Origin: Leptospirales bacterium
GTDB lineage: Bacteria > Spirochaetota > Leptospiria > Turneriellales > JAOUFE01
Length of the DNA: 64,000 nucleotides
Direction: 5' to 3'
NCBI GenBank assembly: GCA_040326155.1
Contig: JBEQLE010000004.1
Span: 27,829-91,828 of the forward strand
Position numbers and translations under genes: made by a program. The notes under the pieces are model-generated. The model did not search any database. It worked only from the letters and a program-made list of their open reading frames with translations, and was not told the DNA's origin. This document shows positions 39,402 through 49,704 of this stretch, in pieces; position 1 is the stretch's first letter, and every line of letters starts with the position of its first letter.

Positions 39402-41639
39402 ATGATACCAGGAAAACGTAAAATCGGAAATATCCCCCAAAAAACCGACCAAAAACCGGAAATTCCGAAATCTCTCGAAAAATTCTTAGACAATTTTTCT
39501 ATGACTCCTGCTAAAAACAGCGCCGTCGAATCTCGGGGTTCCTTTGAAGATCTAACCCTTCGAGATTATACCTGGCCTGAAGATTCACCTTTTGCACAAG
39601 AACGAATTGTTCGGTATGCGAAAATTGGCAAGGCAATTGACAAAATGTCTCTGACCAAAGCGCCAGATTTTTTCATACTGGAGACGGCGCGTACCAAAGC
39701 AGGAGAACCTTTTCGCGTTCAGTATGCCCGCGATTTAAATGAACCTCAACTGGCTGCCATTTCTACAACAAAAGGTCCGTTACTTGTAATTGCGGGAGCA
39801 GGTTCGGGAAAAACCAGAACGTTAACCTACAGAGCCAGTTTCCTTCTTGAAAACGGAGTCGACCCATCCAAAATTCTTTTATTGACATTTACTCGAAAAG
39901 CGGCCCAGGAGATGCTCAACCGTACCCAGGAACTTTTACAAAACAAAAAGGCAAGCCAGATTATGGGCGGAACCTTTCACTCCTTTGCGAATTATGCCTT
40001 ACGCCGTTATTCCGGTCTACTCAACCTGGCGCCCTCTTTTTCGATTATCGATACAACCGACTCAGAAGATATTATTGCTTTAATTCGAGATGAAGAGCAC
40101 TTTCAAACCGGTAAACGAGCGTTTCCCAAAAAAGGACGCATTCACGAGATTATTTCCAAATCTCGAAATACGCGGTTGAGCATTGAAGCGATTATTGAAC
40201 GATATTTTTCGGGGCTGGCCGATTTTGCCGAAGCCATTATTTTAATTGCCGAAATTTACGATCGGTATAAAAAAGCAAACCGACTATTCGATTATGACGA
40301 CTTAATCGATGTTCTGGTCGAATCGTTGCAAACGAATGAAAGATTTCGAAAAAAAATTCAAGAGACCTATGAATATGTTATGGTCGACGAATACCAGGAT
40401 ACAAATATTCCCCAAAAAGAGTTGGTCGACCTGTTGGCCGGACTTCATAAAAATATAATGGTGGTCGGCGACGACTCCCAGTCCATCTACTCGTTTCGCG
40501 GAGCCAATTTCGAAAATATTTTAACCTTTCCCGAAACATGGCCGGATTGCCGAGTAGTCAAAGTAGAAGAAAATTACCGTTCAAACCAGGGTCTTCTCGA
40601 TTTTTCAAATGATATCATTCATAATGCAAAACTCGGGTATCGAAAAAAACTTTTTTCGGCTAATAAAGAAAAATTTCTCCCGGTGTATCGATCGTTTTAC
40701 GACCAGGAGGCCGAGGCCGAATGGATTGTTTCTAAAATTCTGGAATCCCGGGAAAATAGTATTGAACTATCTTCTATTGCGATTCTCGTTCGGGCTATGT
40801 TTCATTCAAATTACATACAGATCGAATTGACGAAAAGGGCTATTCCCTATGTTGTCGTAGGCGGTATTAAATTTTCTGAAAGAAAACACGTTCGCGATAT
40901 TGTATCTTTTTTAAAGGTTTCAGCTAACGGTTATGACGCCCCCGCCTGGATGAGAATTTTAAAGCTCATTGACGGTGTTGGCGATACGACGGCCAAGAAA
41001 ATTATAATGGATATTCGAGAAAGCGGGGGCGTTGCAAAACACGAACCATATAAAAACACAAGGTACTACAATGATTTAAAATCTTTATTTAGAACGATAC
41101 TGACCATTGCAAAAGAGGACATGCCGGTCTCGCAAAAAATCGATAAAATACGTGAATTTTATGGTCCTGTATTAAAGAAACGTGAAGACGATTACGAGCT
41201 GAGAATGCGCGATATCGAGGTACTTTATAATTATTCTGGAAATTACGATGACACTGAAAGTTTTCTTTCGGACTTTGCCCTGGACCCACCTTCCACAAAA
41301 TTCCAGAACAGAAACATTCCCTTAATTGACGAGGGAGAAGAAAAACCCCTGGTCATCAGCACCGTCCATTCGGCAAAAGGGCTGGAATGGCACACAGTGT
41401 TTGTTCCCCATCTGCTCGACGGCTTGTTTCCTTCGATCAGATCAATTGAAACTCTCGACGAAATCGAAGAAGAAAGACGACTTTTCTACGTGGCATGCAC
41501 ACGCGCAAAAGCCCGGTTATATTTAACCGCCCCATCCTACTTTGCAGCGTGGGGGGCGGTTATGACATTGCCAACCAGGTTTCTTGTCGAGGTCAATCCG
41601 AAACTCTGGAAGGTAGAAAGAAATAAGCCAATTAGATAA
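39402..41639 (+). CDS. UvrD/PcrA/Rep family SF1 DNA helicase
   Basis: AGAGSGKT, LLTFTRKAA, VDEYQDTN, VGDDSQSIYSFRGA, ENYRS, HSAKGLEW, EERRLFYVA. Confidence 0.95.
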   Translation: MIPGKRKIGNIPQKTDQKPEIPKSLEKFLDNFSMTPAKNSAVESRGSFEDLTLRDYTWPEDSPFAQERIVRYAKIGKAIDKMSLTKAPDFFILETARTKAGEPFRVQYARDLNEPQLAAISTTKGPLLVIAGAGSGKTRTLTYRASFLLENGVDPSKILLLTFTRKAAQEMLNRTQELLQNKKASQIMGGTFHSFANYALRRYSGLLNLAPSFSIIDTTDSEDIIALIRDEEHFQTGKRAFPKKGRIHEIISKSRNTRLSIEAIIERYFSGLADFAEAIILIAEIYDRYKKANRLFDYDDLIDVLVESLQTNERFRKKIQETYEYVMVDEYQDTNIPQKELVDLLAGLHKNIMVVGDDSQSIYSFRGANFENILTFPETWPDCRVVKVEENYRSNQGLLDFSNDIIHNAKLGYRKKLFSANKEKFLPVYRSFYDQEAEAEWIVSKILESRENSIELSSIAILVRAMFHSNYIQIELTKRAIPYVVVGGIKFSERKHVRDIVSFLKVSANGYDAPAWMRILKLIDGVGDTTAKKIIMDIRESGGVAKHEPYKNTRYYNDLKSLFRTILTIAKEDMPVSQKIDKIREFYGPVLKKREDDYELRMRDIEVLYNYSGNYDDTESFLSDFALDPPSTKFQNRNIPLIDEGEEKPLVISTVHSAKGLEWHTVFVPHLLDGLFPSIRSIETLDEIEEERRLFYVACTRAKARLYLTAPSYFAAWGAVMTLPTRFLVEVNPKLWKVERNKPIR

Positions 41640-41660
41640 AATTTAATTTAATGCTCAAGC

Positions 41661-42515
41661 TTATTTTCCTTGTAAATCATTTCTTGTACTACCTGAAAGT
41701 ATGGGAGTCAGAATCGATCCGACATATTTCGCTTCCGGGTCAATTAGATACTCGTTTTCATCGTCTTCGTATTCTACAAGCTCATTAGCTTCAACATCAA
41801 GATAAATAGTTGTTAAATATCCTTCTCGAACGATAACAGGTTTAAAGTGTTTTATTTTGAAACGATGCCCTTTGTCACCAGATGCATCTATTTCATCTTC
41901 ATCATCTTCATCGTCCTGTTCAAAATAGAGTTGGTGGAAAGTTCCAGGGTCCGTCGAGAAAGTTACATAATTATCATCAGTAAGATAAACTTTTATCTTG
42001 GTATACTCGCCTGCCTCTACTGCCATCTGGGCGATCTCCACTTCTGTTCCAGGTTGAATTGGTATTTTAAGCGTTCTGGCCTGACCGGGTTTGGCCTGAA
42101 TTATGGTCCACCCCTGAGAAGGGGTCAAAACTTCAATTCTGCCAAAGCTCAAATAAATTTGCTCTATATCGAGCGCTTCAGAGTCTGAATCTTCATGGTG
42201 GCGATTATGTCGATCATCCTTTTGTTTGTGATGTTCTTCATGATCTTGCCCATGGTGATCTTTATCGCTTTTATGATCTTCTTCAATAATGGTACGTAAA
42301 ACGATACGCAAATTATCTCGAATTATCTCGTCTTTTTTCTTTTGTTGAGTGGTGTCTTTTTGTGAGAGTTCTGCACCGTTTTTGGTGAGAGCGGGGGATT
42401 CATCAGGTTCTTCTAATCCAGAAGTATTGGAGCAGTTTAATAAAAATACCCCCGAAATTAATAGACTGAGCGCATATATAATGGCTATGCGTGAGCCACT
42501 TTGTGTTTTATTCAT
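41661..42515 (-). CDS. DUF4382-like lipoprotein with His-rich and acidic inserts
   Basis: LLNC lipobox; IYLSFGRIEV, AGEYTKIKV, TTIYLD; HHGQDHEEHH tract. Confidence 0.65.
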   Translation of the reverse strand: MNKTQSGSRIAIIYALSLLISGVFLLNCSNTSGLEEPDESPALTKNGAELSQKDTTQQKKKDEIIRDNLRIVLRTIIEEDHKSDKDHHGQDHEEHHKQKDDRHNRHHEDSDSEALDIEQIYLSFGRIEVLTPSQGWTIIQAKPGQARTLKIPIQPGTEVEIAQMAVEAGEYTKIKVYLTDDNYVTFSTDPGTFHQLYFEQDDEDDEDEIDASGDKGHRFKIKHFKPVIVREGYLTTIYLDVEANELVEYEDDENEYLIDPEAKYVGSILTPILSGSTRNDLQGK

Positions 42516-42767
42516 TTTTTTAACCTTTCCTTATTGTTATCTCCTCATCACATGTAATTGCCCCCGACCTCTATAGAGCGCCGGGACAATATTTACTTAT
42601 CCGGTTTTTGCCGAATCCACCTTCGGGATTTGACCCGAAAGCATTTTAAAGGTAATAATAGAAAATACCTTCGACTACAATAATATGAATTTTATTAGAA
42701 AAGAACCGGGTCTATATTTTCGTTTCTTTTGAAAATAATAAAGATATGAACAAAAATATATTTGTTT

Positions 42768-43877
42768 ATGAAGAGTTTATATAAATTAATTATACCACAG
42801 ATGATCAGTCCGAACAAATACTACACTATAATCTTTGTCTTTGTCTTTGCATTTATTGGAGTATCTATTTACACTCAAGATACCAATTTGGAAAACACGA
42901 TAGGTACGATAACTGACAAAGGAGTTCCTGTGCTTGCCTACCACCAGATTGTTTCTGACAAGTGGGCTGCTCAAAGAAATAATCCATATGTTCTCGGTGT
43001 GGGAAATTTTAAAAAACAGATTCAATGGCTCAAAGAAGAGGGGTATACAACGATTACTCTGAAAACTTTAAACGAATTTATTGCCGGAGAAAAAGCGGTA
43101 TATCCTGAAAAACCTGTCGTTATAACTTTTGACGATGGAACAAAAGGATTTACCCGGTATGCAAACGATATTCTTAAAAACGCAGGGTTCAAAGCGGCGC
43201 TCTTCATTTTTCCAAATGCCATGGGAAAAGATAAAAATTACCTGAATTGGGCAGAACTAGAGAAAATTAAGAAAGAAGGACATGAGATAGAAGCGCACGG
43301 ATATACTCACCCACTGTTAACACGAATGAGTTTGAAACAACAATTAGAAGAGTTCAAAAAAGCCAAATCTGCAATTAAAAACAAACTGGGAGTAGACGCA
43401 AAATGGATGGCCTACCCCTTCGGTGTTTATAATGAGCATACCGTTAAAGCGCTAGAAGACACGGGTTATACAGGCGCATTTACCGTATACGAAGGAGATA
43501 ACCGGCAAGGCCAGAATTCTTTTTTTCTAAACCGTTACCTTGTTTTGCATGGCCAGACAATGCAAACGTTTTCCAAAAAAATAAGACAAAAAAGTCTGCT
43601 CGCTAAAGTGGTCTCTTTGCCACCCGGATCTCGGATCCATAAAGGTTCGGAAATAAAAATAAAAATACCGAGTGGGTTGATAAAAGAGAACCTGAGGGTC
43701 GAAATGGGAAGATCGTTTATTAGAAAAAACAAGAAAAGAATTTTTTCTTATGATATAAAAACCGGTATAATAAGTTTCAAGGCAGGCGAAAAAAATGGAA
43801 AATACCTGACTGTGACAACCCTTGTAACCGGTGAAAATCAAGAAACCAGACGAGCTTCTTTTTTATACCTTTGGTAA
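42768..43877 (+). CDS. Polysaccharide deacetylase (NodB/CE4)
   Basis: VLAYHQI, ITFDDG, AHGYTHP, AYPFG motifs. Confidence 0.92.
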   Translation: MKSLYKLIIPQMISPNKYYTIIFVFVFAFIGVSIYTQDTNLENTIGTITDKGVPVLAYHQIVSDKWAAQRNNPYVLGVGNFKKQIQWLKEEGYTTITLKTLNEFIAGEKAVYPEKPVVITFDDGTKGFTRYANDILKNAGFKAALFIFPNAMGKDKNYLNWAELEKIKKEGHEIEAHGYTHPLLTRMSLKQQLEEFKKAKSAIKNKLGVDAKWMAYPFGVYNEHTVKALEDTGYTGAFTVYEGDNRQGQNSFFLNRYLVLHGQTMQTFSKKIRQKSLLAKVVSLPPGSRIHKGSEIKIKIPSGLIKENLRVEMGRSFIRKNKKRIFSYDIKTGIISFKAGEKNGKYLTVTTLVTGENQETRRASFLYLW

Positions 43878-43962
43878 ATAAAACCAAGAAAGCCTGCTCA
43901 ACGGTTCTATCCTCTGGTGAAATAATGGATTACAGCTTGTCCCGGAAATAATAAATGTTCGT

Positions 43963-45546
43963 ATGATCGCGACACATAAGGTTAGTCTAAATTACGGCCA
44001 AAAGATATTATTCGAAAACGTTAATATAAAATTTACCCCTGGTAACTGCTACGGTTTAATCGGCGCAAACGGAGCCGGGAAATCAACATTTTTAAAAATT
44101 CTCTCAGGAGAAATTGATGATTATTCCGGTGAAATTGAGATACCACAAAAGTGCCGCCTCTCTACCTTAAAACAAGAGCATAACGCTTTTGACGATAAGG
44201 TAGTTCTGGAAACCGTAATCATGGGTGACACTGCTCTAAGCGGCCTTATTCAGGAACGAGATATTATTTATGCGAAAGAAGATTTCAGCGACGCAGACGG
44301 TTTAAAAGCGGGGGAACTCGAAGAATCGATCGAAGAACATGGTGGTTACGAAGCTGAGTCAAACGCCAAACAGTTACTTTCGGGGCTGGGTGTAAAAGAG
44401 AATCTGCATAGCGAGAAAATGGGTAACCTTCGCGGGTCCGACAAAGTGAAAGTACTTCTGGCTCAATCTCTTTTTGGCTCCCCTGATATTTTATTACTGG
44501 ATGAGCCGACAAACAATCTTGATCTTTTTGCCATTAAATGGCTCGAAGAGTTTTTATTACGTTTTGACAAAACAGTGATTGTGGTAAGTCATGATAGACA
44601 CTTTTTAAATAAAGTCTGTACTCATATGGCTGATATCGATTTCAGTAAAATTACTTTGTTTGTGGGAAACTACGACTTCTGGTATGAATCGTCACAGTTG
44701 GTTCGTAAACTTCAAAAAGACCAAAAGCAAAAAGCCGAAGATAAGGCGGCTCAACTGAAAGATTTTATCGCCCGATTCTCGGCAAACGCTTCGAAATCGA
44801 AACAGGCTACGGGTCGAAAAAAAGAACTCGCTAAATTAAATCTCGATAATATAAAAGCCTCTACACGAAAATTTCCATTTATAGACTTTAAACCCGAACG
44901 CGAAGCAGGTAACGACTTGTTACATGTAGACTCCTTCACAATTGCAGAAGGCGATAAAAAATTCATTGAAAAAACTGGTTTTGAAATACGTAAAAATGAT
45001 AAGGTCGCTTGTATGGGCGATGAATTGGCCATTTCCAAACTCTTTGAAGCGCTCGCCCAAAAAGAGTCTCCTGATGGAATAAAGTGGGGAGTAACAACGT
45101 CGAGGGCATGGTTCCCGGCAGATTATTCCGGTCTGTTTTCAGGCGCCGCAGGTGAACTTTCTTTAATTGACTGGTTGCGTCAATATTCCACCGAAAAGGA
45201 TGAATCTTATATTCGGGGTTTTCTTGGCCGTATGCTTTTTGCCGGTGAAGAAGGAACAAAGCAAGTTAAAGTATTATCGGGTGGAGAAAAAGTCAGGATG
45301 ATGTTTTCAAAATTGATGATGACCGGAGCCAACGTTCTTATCTTTGATAACCCTACAGCTCACCTGGACCTGGAGGCCATCCAGACCTTAAACGATGCAA
45401 TGGTGCGGTTTCCCGGGACGATTATTTTTACCTCCCATGACCACCAGTTTCTGGATACAATAGCCAATAGAATCGCCGAAATTAAAGACGGTCATCTGAA
45501 AATGATCGACAAATCATTCGACGAATATGTGGGCATTCAACAATAA
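43963..45546 (+). CDS. ABC-F family ATPase (YbiT/YkpA-like)
   Basis: GANGAGKST, LDEPTN, VSHDRHFL, LSGGEK; no TM helices. Confidence 0.93.
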   Translation: MIATHKVSLNYGQKILFENVNIKFTPGNCYGLIGANGAGKSTFLKILSGEIDDYSGEIEIPQKCRLSTLKQEHNAFDDKVVLETVIMGDTALSGLIQERDIIYAKEDFSDADGLKAGELEESIEEHGGYEAESNAKQLLSGLGVKENLHSEKMGNLRGSDKVKVLLAQSLFGSPDILLLDEPTNNLDLFAIKWLEEFLLRFDKTVIVVSHDRHFLNKVCTHMADIDFSKITLFVGNYDFWYESSQLVRKLQKDQKQKAEDKAAQLKDFIARFSANASKSKQATGRKKELAKLNLDNIKASTRKFPFIDFKPEREAGNDLLHVDSFTIAEGDKKFIEKTGFEIRKNDKVACMGDELAISKLFEALAQKESPDGIKWGVTTSRAWFPADYSGLFSGAAGELSLIDWLRQYSTEKDESYIRGFLGRMLFAGEEGTKQVKVLSGGEKVRMMFSKLMMTGANVLIFDNPTAHLDLEAIQTLNDAMVRFPGTIIFTSHDHQFLDTIANRIAEIKDGHLKMIDKSFDEYVGIQQ

Positions 45547-45553
45547 GGCAAGA

Positions 45554-45919
45554 TTACGTTTTAAGTTTTCCCGCGATTGCCCAGGCACCGGATGCGATCA
45601 TGACATCTTTCATAAATTGCATCATTTCGCCCTGGTTACCTTCCAGCATTGGTGGCAAATGAAGGGAAAATGCAAATATGAATATCATCACCCCGAGCAA
45701 AAATGCGGCAAGCCTGGCCATTTTGTTTATAATAATTCCTAACCCGCCGGCAATTAACGCGACGCCTGTCAAGTAAACCCAGAAAATTCCCCCGGGTAGA
45801 GGAACCATAGCTGCCATACCTTTGGCAGCCATAAAGTGACCAGCCCCAAAAACTAACATCGGCAAGGCAAACATAATATTGGCGACTCGCCCCGTAACCA
45901 TAGTTATATACTTATCCAT
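45554..45919 (-). CDS. DoxX family membrane protein
   Basis: FGAGHF, VYLTGVALI, FMKD; AGGAG SD. Confidence 0.85.
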   Translation of the reverse strand: MDKYITMVTGRVANIMFALPMLVFGAGHFMAAKGMAAMVPLPGGIFWVYLTGVALIAGGLGIIINKMARLAAFLLGVMIFIFAFSLHLPPMLEGNQGEMMQFMKDVMIASGAWAIAGKLKT

Positions 45920-46118
45920 TGTACTCTCCTTAAATTAAAGACATTTTGAACATTGCTGCAAATGTACGAACGGAACAGAGTAAGGACCAATAAAAGTTGT
46001 ACAATTATTAAAAAGTACAATAACCTCCTGGCGATCGTAATGTTCGGTTAGCCAAAAGAACCTCGGAACGGGTTGACAACAAGGCGGTAATTGAATCAAC
46101 TGTTAATGGTTTTATTAT

Positions 46119-46988
46119 ATGAAACGCATTCTATATTTAACACTTCTGTATTTACTATTTTGTTATGCTCCGGCGATATTTTCGTCTTCACCTTCCGGGA
46201 GCGAAAAAAACAGACAAATAGTTTCAGATTATCTGGTCACTTCGGGTTTTGAACATGTTTTAAATGAATATATAACAATGCTCTTTACGTATCAGGAAAA
46301 CAGTTTATCGACCTTTATAAAAAATGATTCGGTTTTTGCCTCAGAATCTTCTAAGCTGTTTTATAAGTATTTCAATATTACATCTTTATATTATGATATT
46401 CTTAGTATGTTGTCAAATTCAGGTAAAAGACCAATCGAAGGTTTTTTGACATTAGGTAATTACCAGAAAACTAAAACCGGTAAAAGAATGACATATTTTG
46501 AGAACCTTGCATTTCAACCTTCCGAACTCGCCAAACTACCGGAATATATTGAATCGTTAAAAAATTCCCCGCCTGCCAAAAACCGGGTGAACTTGATCAC
46601 TCGTCTCGACAAAGCCGTTGAGGGTTCCCGAATTTCTACGCTGATGACAATGGGTTTTTTAAAGAATATTTTAATCGCTGTAAACAACGCCCTTCCGGAA
46701 AAAGAACAAACGGACTCGGCTGCGATCGATGAATTGATTCAAGCACATTATCAAAAAAACCTTCCGGAATTTGAATCGGCAATGCAATCTGTGTATTTGT
46801 TTACGTATAGAATGGCCGGGGACGACGAGCTGAAAAAATATGTGGAACACTGTGAATCTCGCTCTGCCAGGCTGGCATCTCTTTCACTTGCAACGACCTT
46901 GTTGAAAGTATTTCAAGATGTCGGTAACTCTTTTTCCGGCGAGTTGACCAAAGCTCTGGACCGGCATAGAACGAGAATGACGGAATAA
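46119..46988 (+). CDS. Exported hypothetical helical protein (DUF2059-like)
   Basis: Signal peptide; FTYR...DDELKKYVEHCES. Confidence 0.65.
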   Translation: MKRILYLTLLYLLFCYAPAIFSSSPSGSEKNRQIVSDYLVTSGFEHVLNEYITMLFTYQENSLSTFIKNDSVFASESSKLFYKYFNITSLYYDILSMLSNSGKRPIEGFLTLGNYQKTKTGKRMTYFENLAFQPSELAKLPEYIESLKNSPPAKNRVNLITRLDKAVEGSRISTLMTMGFLKNILIAVNNALPEKEQTDSAAIDELIQAHYQKNLPEFESAMQSVYLFTYRMAGDDELKKYVEHCESRSARLASLSLATTLLKVFQDVGNSFSGELTKALDRHRTRMTE

Positions 46989-47037
46989 TATAAAAACTGT
47001 TTTACATAACAACCTTGTTTTGTTTCGTTCCTTTATT

Positions 47038-47286
47038 ATGGAAGTAGGACTTGTATTATTAGTACTTTTTTTGTTTATGTTTGTCCAAGGGGTACTCTTG
47101 GCGATGATCATGATGAAATTAAGTGACCTAAGTAATAGTCACGCAAGCTTGGAAGATCTGGATCATTTATCCAGGCAAATAGAAGAGTTACGTGACACTA
47201 TAGCGCAATCGCAAAAGCCCCAGGCTAAGGAAAAAAGTAAGACGAAAAAGAAACCGGTTACGCGTGCAAAAAAAACAACCAAATAG
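47038..47286 (+). CDS. Small TM + coiled-coil protein with basic tail
   Basis: MEVGLVLLVLFLFMFVQGVLLAMIMMKLSD...; a paralog lies on the opposite strand. Confidence 0.7.
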   Translation: MEVGLVLLVLFLFMFVQGVLLAMIMMKLSDLSNSHASLEDLDHLSRQIEELRDTIAQSQKPQAKEKSKTKKKPVTRAKKTTK

Positions 47287-47289
47287 AAT

Positions 47290-47445
47290 TCACTTTTCTA
47301 TTTGGTTCGTAAGTTTATCAATTTTTTCTTCTACCTGTGCCAGGGTATTTTTCACATCACCCAGCTTTATCAAAAGAATTGTCATAATGACACCGTGAAT
47401 CAACATATACAAAAATAAAACAACCAATACAAATAATACTTCCAT
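47290..47445 (-). CDS. Small TM + coiled-coil protein (51 aa), not in the ORF track
   Basis: Manual translation MEVLFVLVVLFLYMLIHGVIMTILLIKLGDVKNTLAQVEEKIDKLTNQIEK. Confidence 0.7.
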   Translation of the reverse strand: MEVLFVLVVLFLYMLIHGVIMTILLIKLGDVKNTLAQVEEKIDKLTNQIEK

Positions 47446-47699
47446 TCTATTCCACCCATTCCTGTAATAAAGCTATAACAAATCTACGGGTTATGCTATA
47501 AAGTGAATTTTTTGCTTTACAATTTTACTGCACTTCTTATGTTTGTCAAAATTAATATATTTGGCTCAGCCAAATGAACTATTAACCAGAACTTCCTCCG
47601 TTGTGGGGAGCCGTTGCAGAGCGGGCCCTACGACACTTATCTGCATTTACAAACTATAAAACTCTTTACCGCAAAGGCGCAGTCTATTCTCTTCCATGT

Positions 47700-48809
47700 A
47701 TGAAGGTAACTCTGGTTGAACCTTTTTACGGGGGCTCCCATAAGCAGTGGGCCGATGAGATTATGGAAAATCTCCCTTTTGATTTTTCCTTAATTTCGCT
47801 GCCCCCCAAATGGTGGATGTGGAGAATGTATGGAGGAGCCGTTACCCTGGCAAAAAGATGTAAAGAGTTGGGGCAAAAACAGGATCTTTTTATTGCATCG
47901 TCTATGATGGATGTTTCAACTTTTTTAGCGCTATGCGGGCAAAGTCAAACTCCCCTGCTGCTTTACTTTCATGAAAATCAATTTGCCTACCCCATACGGA
48001 AGGTGAAAGAAGGAAAGGACGAAGAACGCGCCTACCGTTTCATCAATTACACATCGGCTTTAGCGGCGACAAAAGTAGCGTTTAACTCCCAATATAACTA
48101 CGATACCTTTTTCTCGGGTCTTGAAAAAATGCTGAAAACATTTCCGGACTATCGAAATATGGATACCATCGACCAGATAAAGAAAAAATCTATCGTGCTA
48201 CCGCTGGGCTTCGATTTTACCAATCGCTTTCCCGAAACTGTCGAGAAGCGCACACCTGAGAAGGTCCCCGTAATTGTGTGGAACCACCGATGGGAGCATG
48301 ATAAAAACCCAAAGGAGTTTTTTGAGACTCTGGAAGAAGTGACTTCTCTTGGGTATAAATTTCGTTTAATTGTTGCGGGTCATAAATATCCTAAAGTGCC
48401 AAAAGAGTTTGACAAGGCGCAACAAACTTTTCAGGAGCAAATTATTCATTGGGGGTTTGCCGAGACAGATCAATATTCGAAATTGTTGAGCGAAGGCGAC
48501 ATTTTGCCGATTACTTCCAACCAGGATTTTTTTGGCATAAGCGTAGTAGAAGCCATCTTCGCGGGGTGTTTTCCCTTGCTTCCCCGTCGGTTGGCGTATC
48601 CTGAAATTATACCACCAGAAGATTTTCCCGAATGCTATTATGATAATCTGACCGACGCTTTGACATCGCTGCTGAAAAAATTCAATTCGCCGCAAACAGA
48701 GACGTTGGAAACTATGAAACGGTTGCAAAACCACTTGTTGAAGTATGAGTGGAAAAACCTGAAAGATAATTATGTTAAAATTTTTTCCGACACGGCGAAT
48801 AATAAATAA
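47700..48809 (+). CDS. DUF3524/GTDC1-like GT-B glycosyltransferase
   Basis: EPFYGGSHKQW, W.WRM, YFHENQ, VAFNS, WNHRWEHDKNP, FFGISVVEA, RLAYPE. Confidence 0.9.
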   Translation: MKVTLVEPFYGGSHKQWADEIMENLPFDFSLISLPPKWWMWRMYGGAVTLAKRCKELGQKQDLFIASSMMDVSTFLALCGQSQTPLLLYFHENQFAYPIRKVKEGKDEERAYRFINYTSALAATKVAFNSQYNYDTFFSGLEKMLKTFPDYRNMDTIDQIKKKSIVLPLGFDFTNRFPETVEKRTPEKVPVIVWNHRWEHDKNPKEFFETLEEVTSLGYKFRLIVAGHKYPKVPKEFDKAQQTFQEQIIHWGFAETDQYSKLLSEGDILPITSNQDFFGISVVEAIFAGCFPLLPRRLAYPEIIPPEDFPECYYDNLTDALTSLLKKFNSPQTETLETMKRLQNHLLKYEWKNLKDNYVKIFSDTANNK

Positions 48810-48919
48810 ATGCTCATGAAATGAGCGGCTCCGGCAAGCCCGCGAAAAAATTTCACCGAGTTGACTTTTCCCCGCAAATAAAACTTTCCCGATGAGTTCA
48901 CACTCGTTTTTTGACGAAT

Positions 48920-49648
48920 ATGGATGAAGAAAAGCCTGACCTCCCGATTCTTTACCGCGATGAGCATCTTGTGGCAATCCATAAACCCGCCGGACTTTTG
49001 GTTCACAGAAGTTCCATTGACGCAAGCGAAACAGAGTATGCGGTACAAAGGTTGCGAGATCAGATTAGGCAAAGAGTATATCCGCTTCACCGCCTCGATA
49101 AACCCACATCGGGAGTTCTGCTTTTTGCCTTGCACCCGGAAGCGGTGAGGGTTTTTTCTTCTTTGTTTGAAACCCGAAAAATGGATAAAACATATATAGG
49201 CGTAGTTCGAGGACATACGGAATCGATGGGAACAATCGACTACCCTTTAACCGATGAACTGAATCCCGACAATGGCGCACGAGCGGCGATCACCCGTTAT
49301 ACTTTATTACACAAAGTCGAATTGGAATACCCGGTGGGAAAATATAATACTGCGCGTTACAGCGTTGTGGCAATCCACCCTGAGACAGGACGTCGGCACC
49401 AGATTCGTCGCCACTTTAAACATATTTTTCACCCCCTGATTGGGGACACAACTCATGGGGATGGAAAGCACAATCGGTTTTTTCAAGAGACTTTACATAG
49501 TCACCGCCTCTTACTCGCTGCAACCGAGCTGGGTCTTGTTCACCCTTACACGGGAAAAAAACTGGTCATTAGCGCCCCTATTGAAACCAGTTTTACCCAA
49601 ATACTCCATAAATTGGGCTGGAATAATGTGAGCCAACAGCTTTTTTAG
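48920..49648 (+). CDS. truC: tRNA pseudouridine synthase C (RluA family)
   Basis: KPAGLLVHRS, HRLDKPTSG, TGRRHQIRRH, GDTTHGDGKHN. Confidence 0.9.
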   Translation: MDEEKPDLPILYRDEHLVAIHKPAGLLVHRSSIDASETEYAVQRLRDQIRQRVYPLHRLDKPTSGVLLFALHPEAVRVFSSLFETRKMDKTYIGVVRGHTESMGTIDYPLTDELNPDNGARAAITRYTLLHKVELEYPVGKYNTARYSVVAIHPETGRRHQIRRHFKHIFHPLIGDTTHGDGKHNRFFQETLHSHRLLLAATELGLVHPYTGKKLVISAPIETSFTQILHKLGWNNVSQQLF

Positions 49649-49704
49649 ATGGACAGCTAACGTTAAATTTCAATAATAAGAAAAATTATGGAAAAACGAA
49701 ATCC

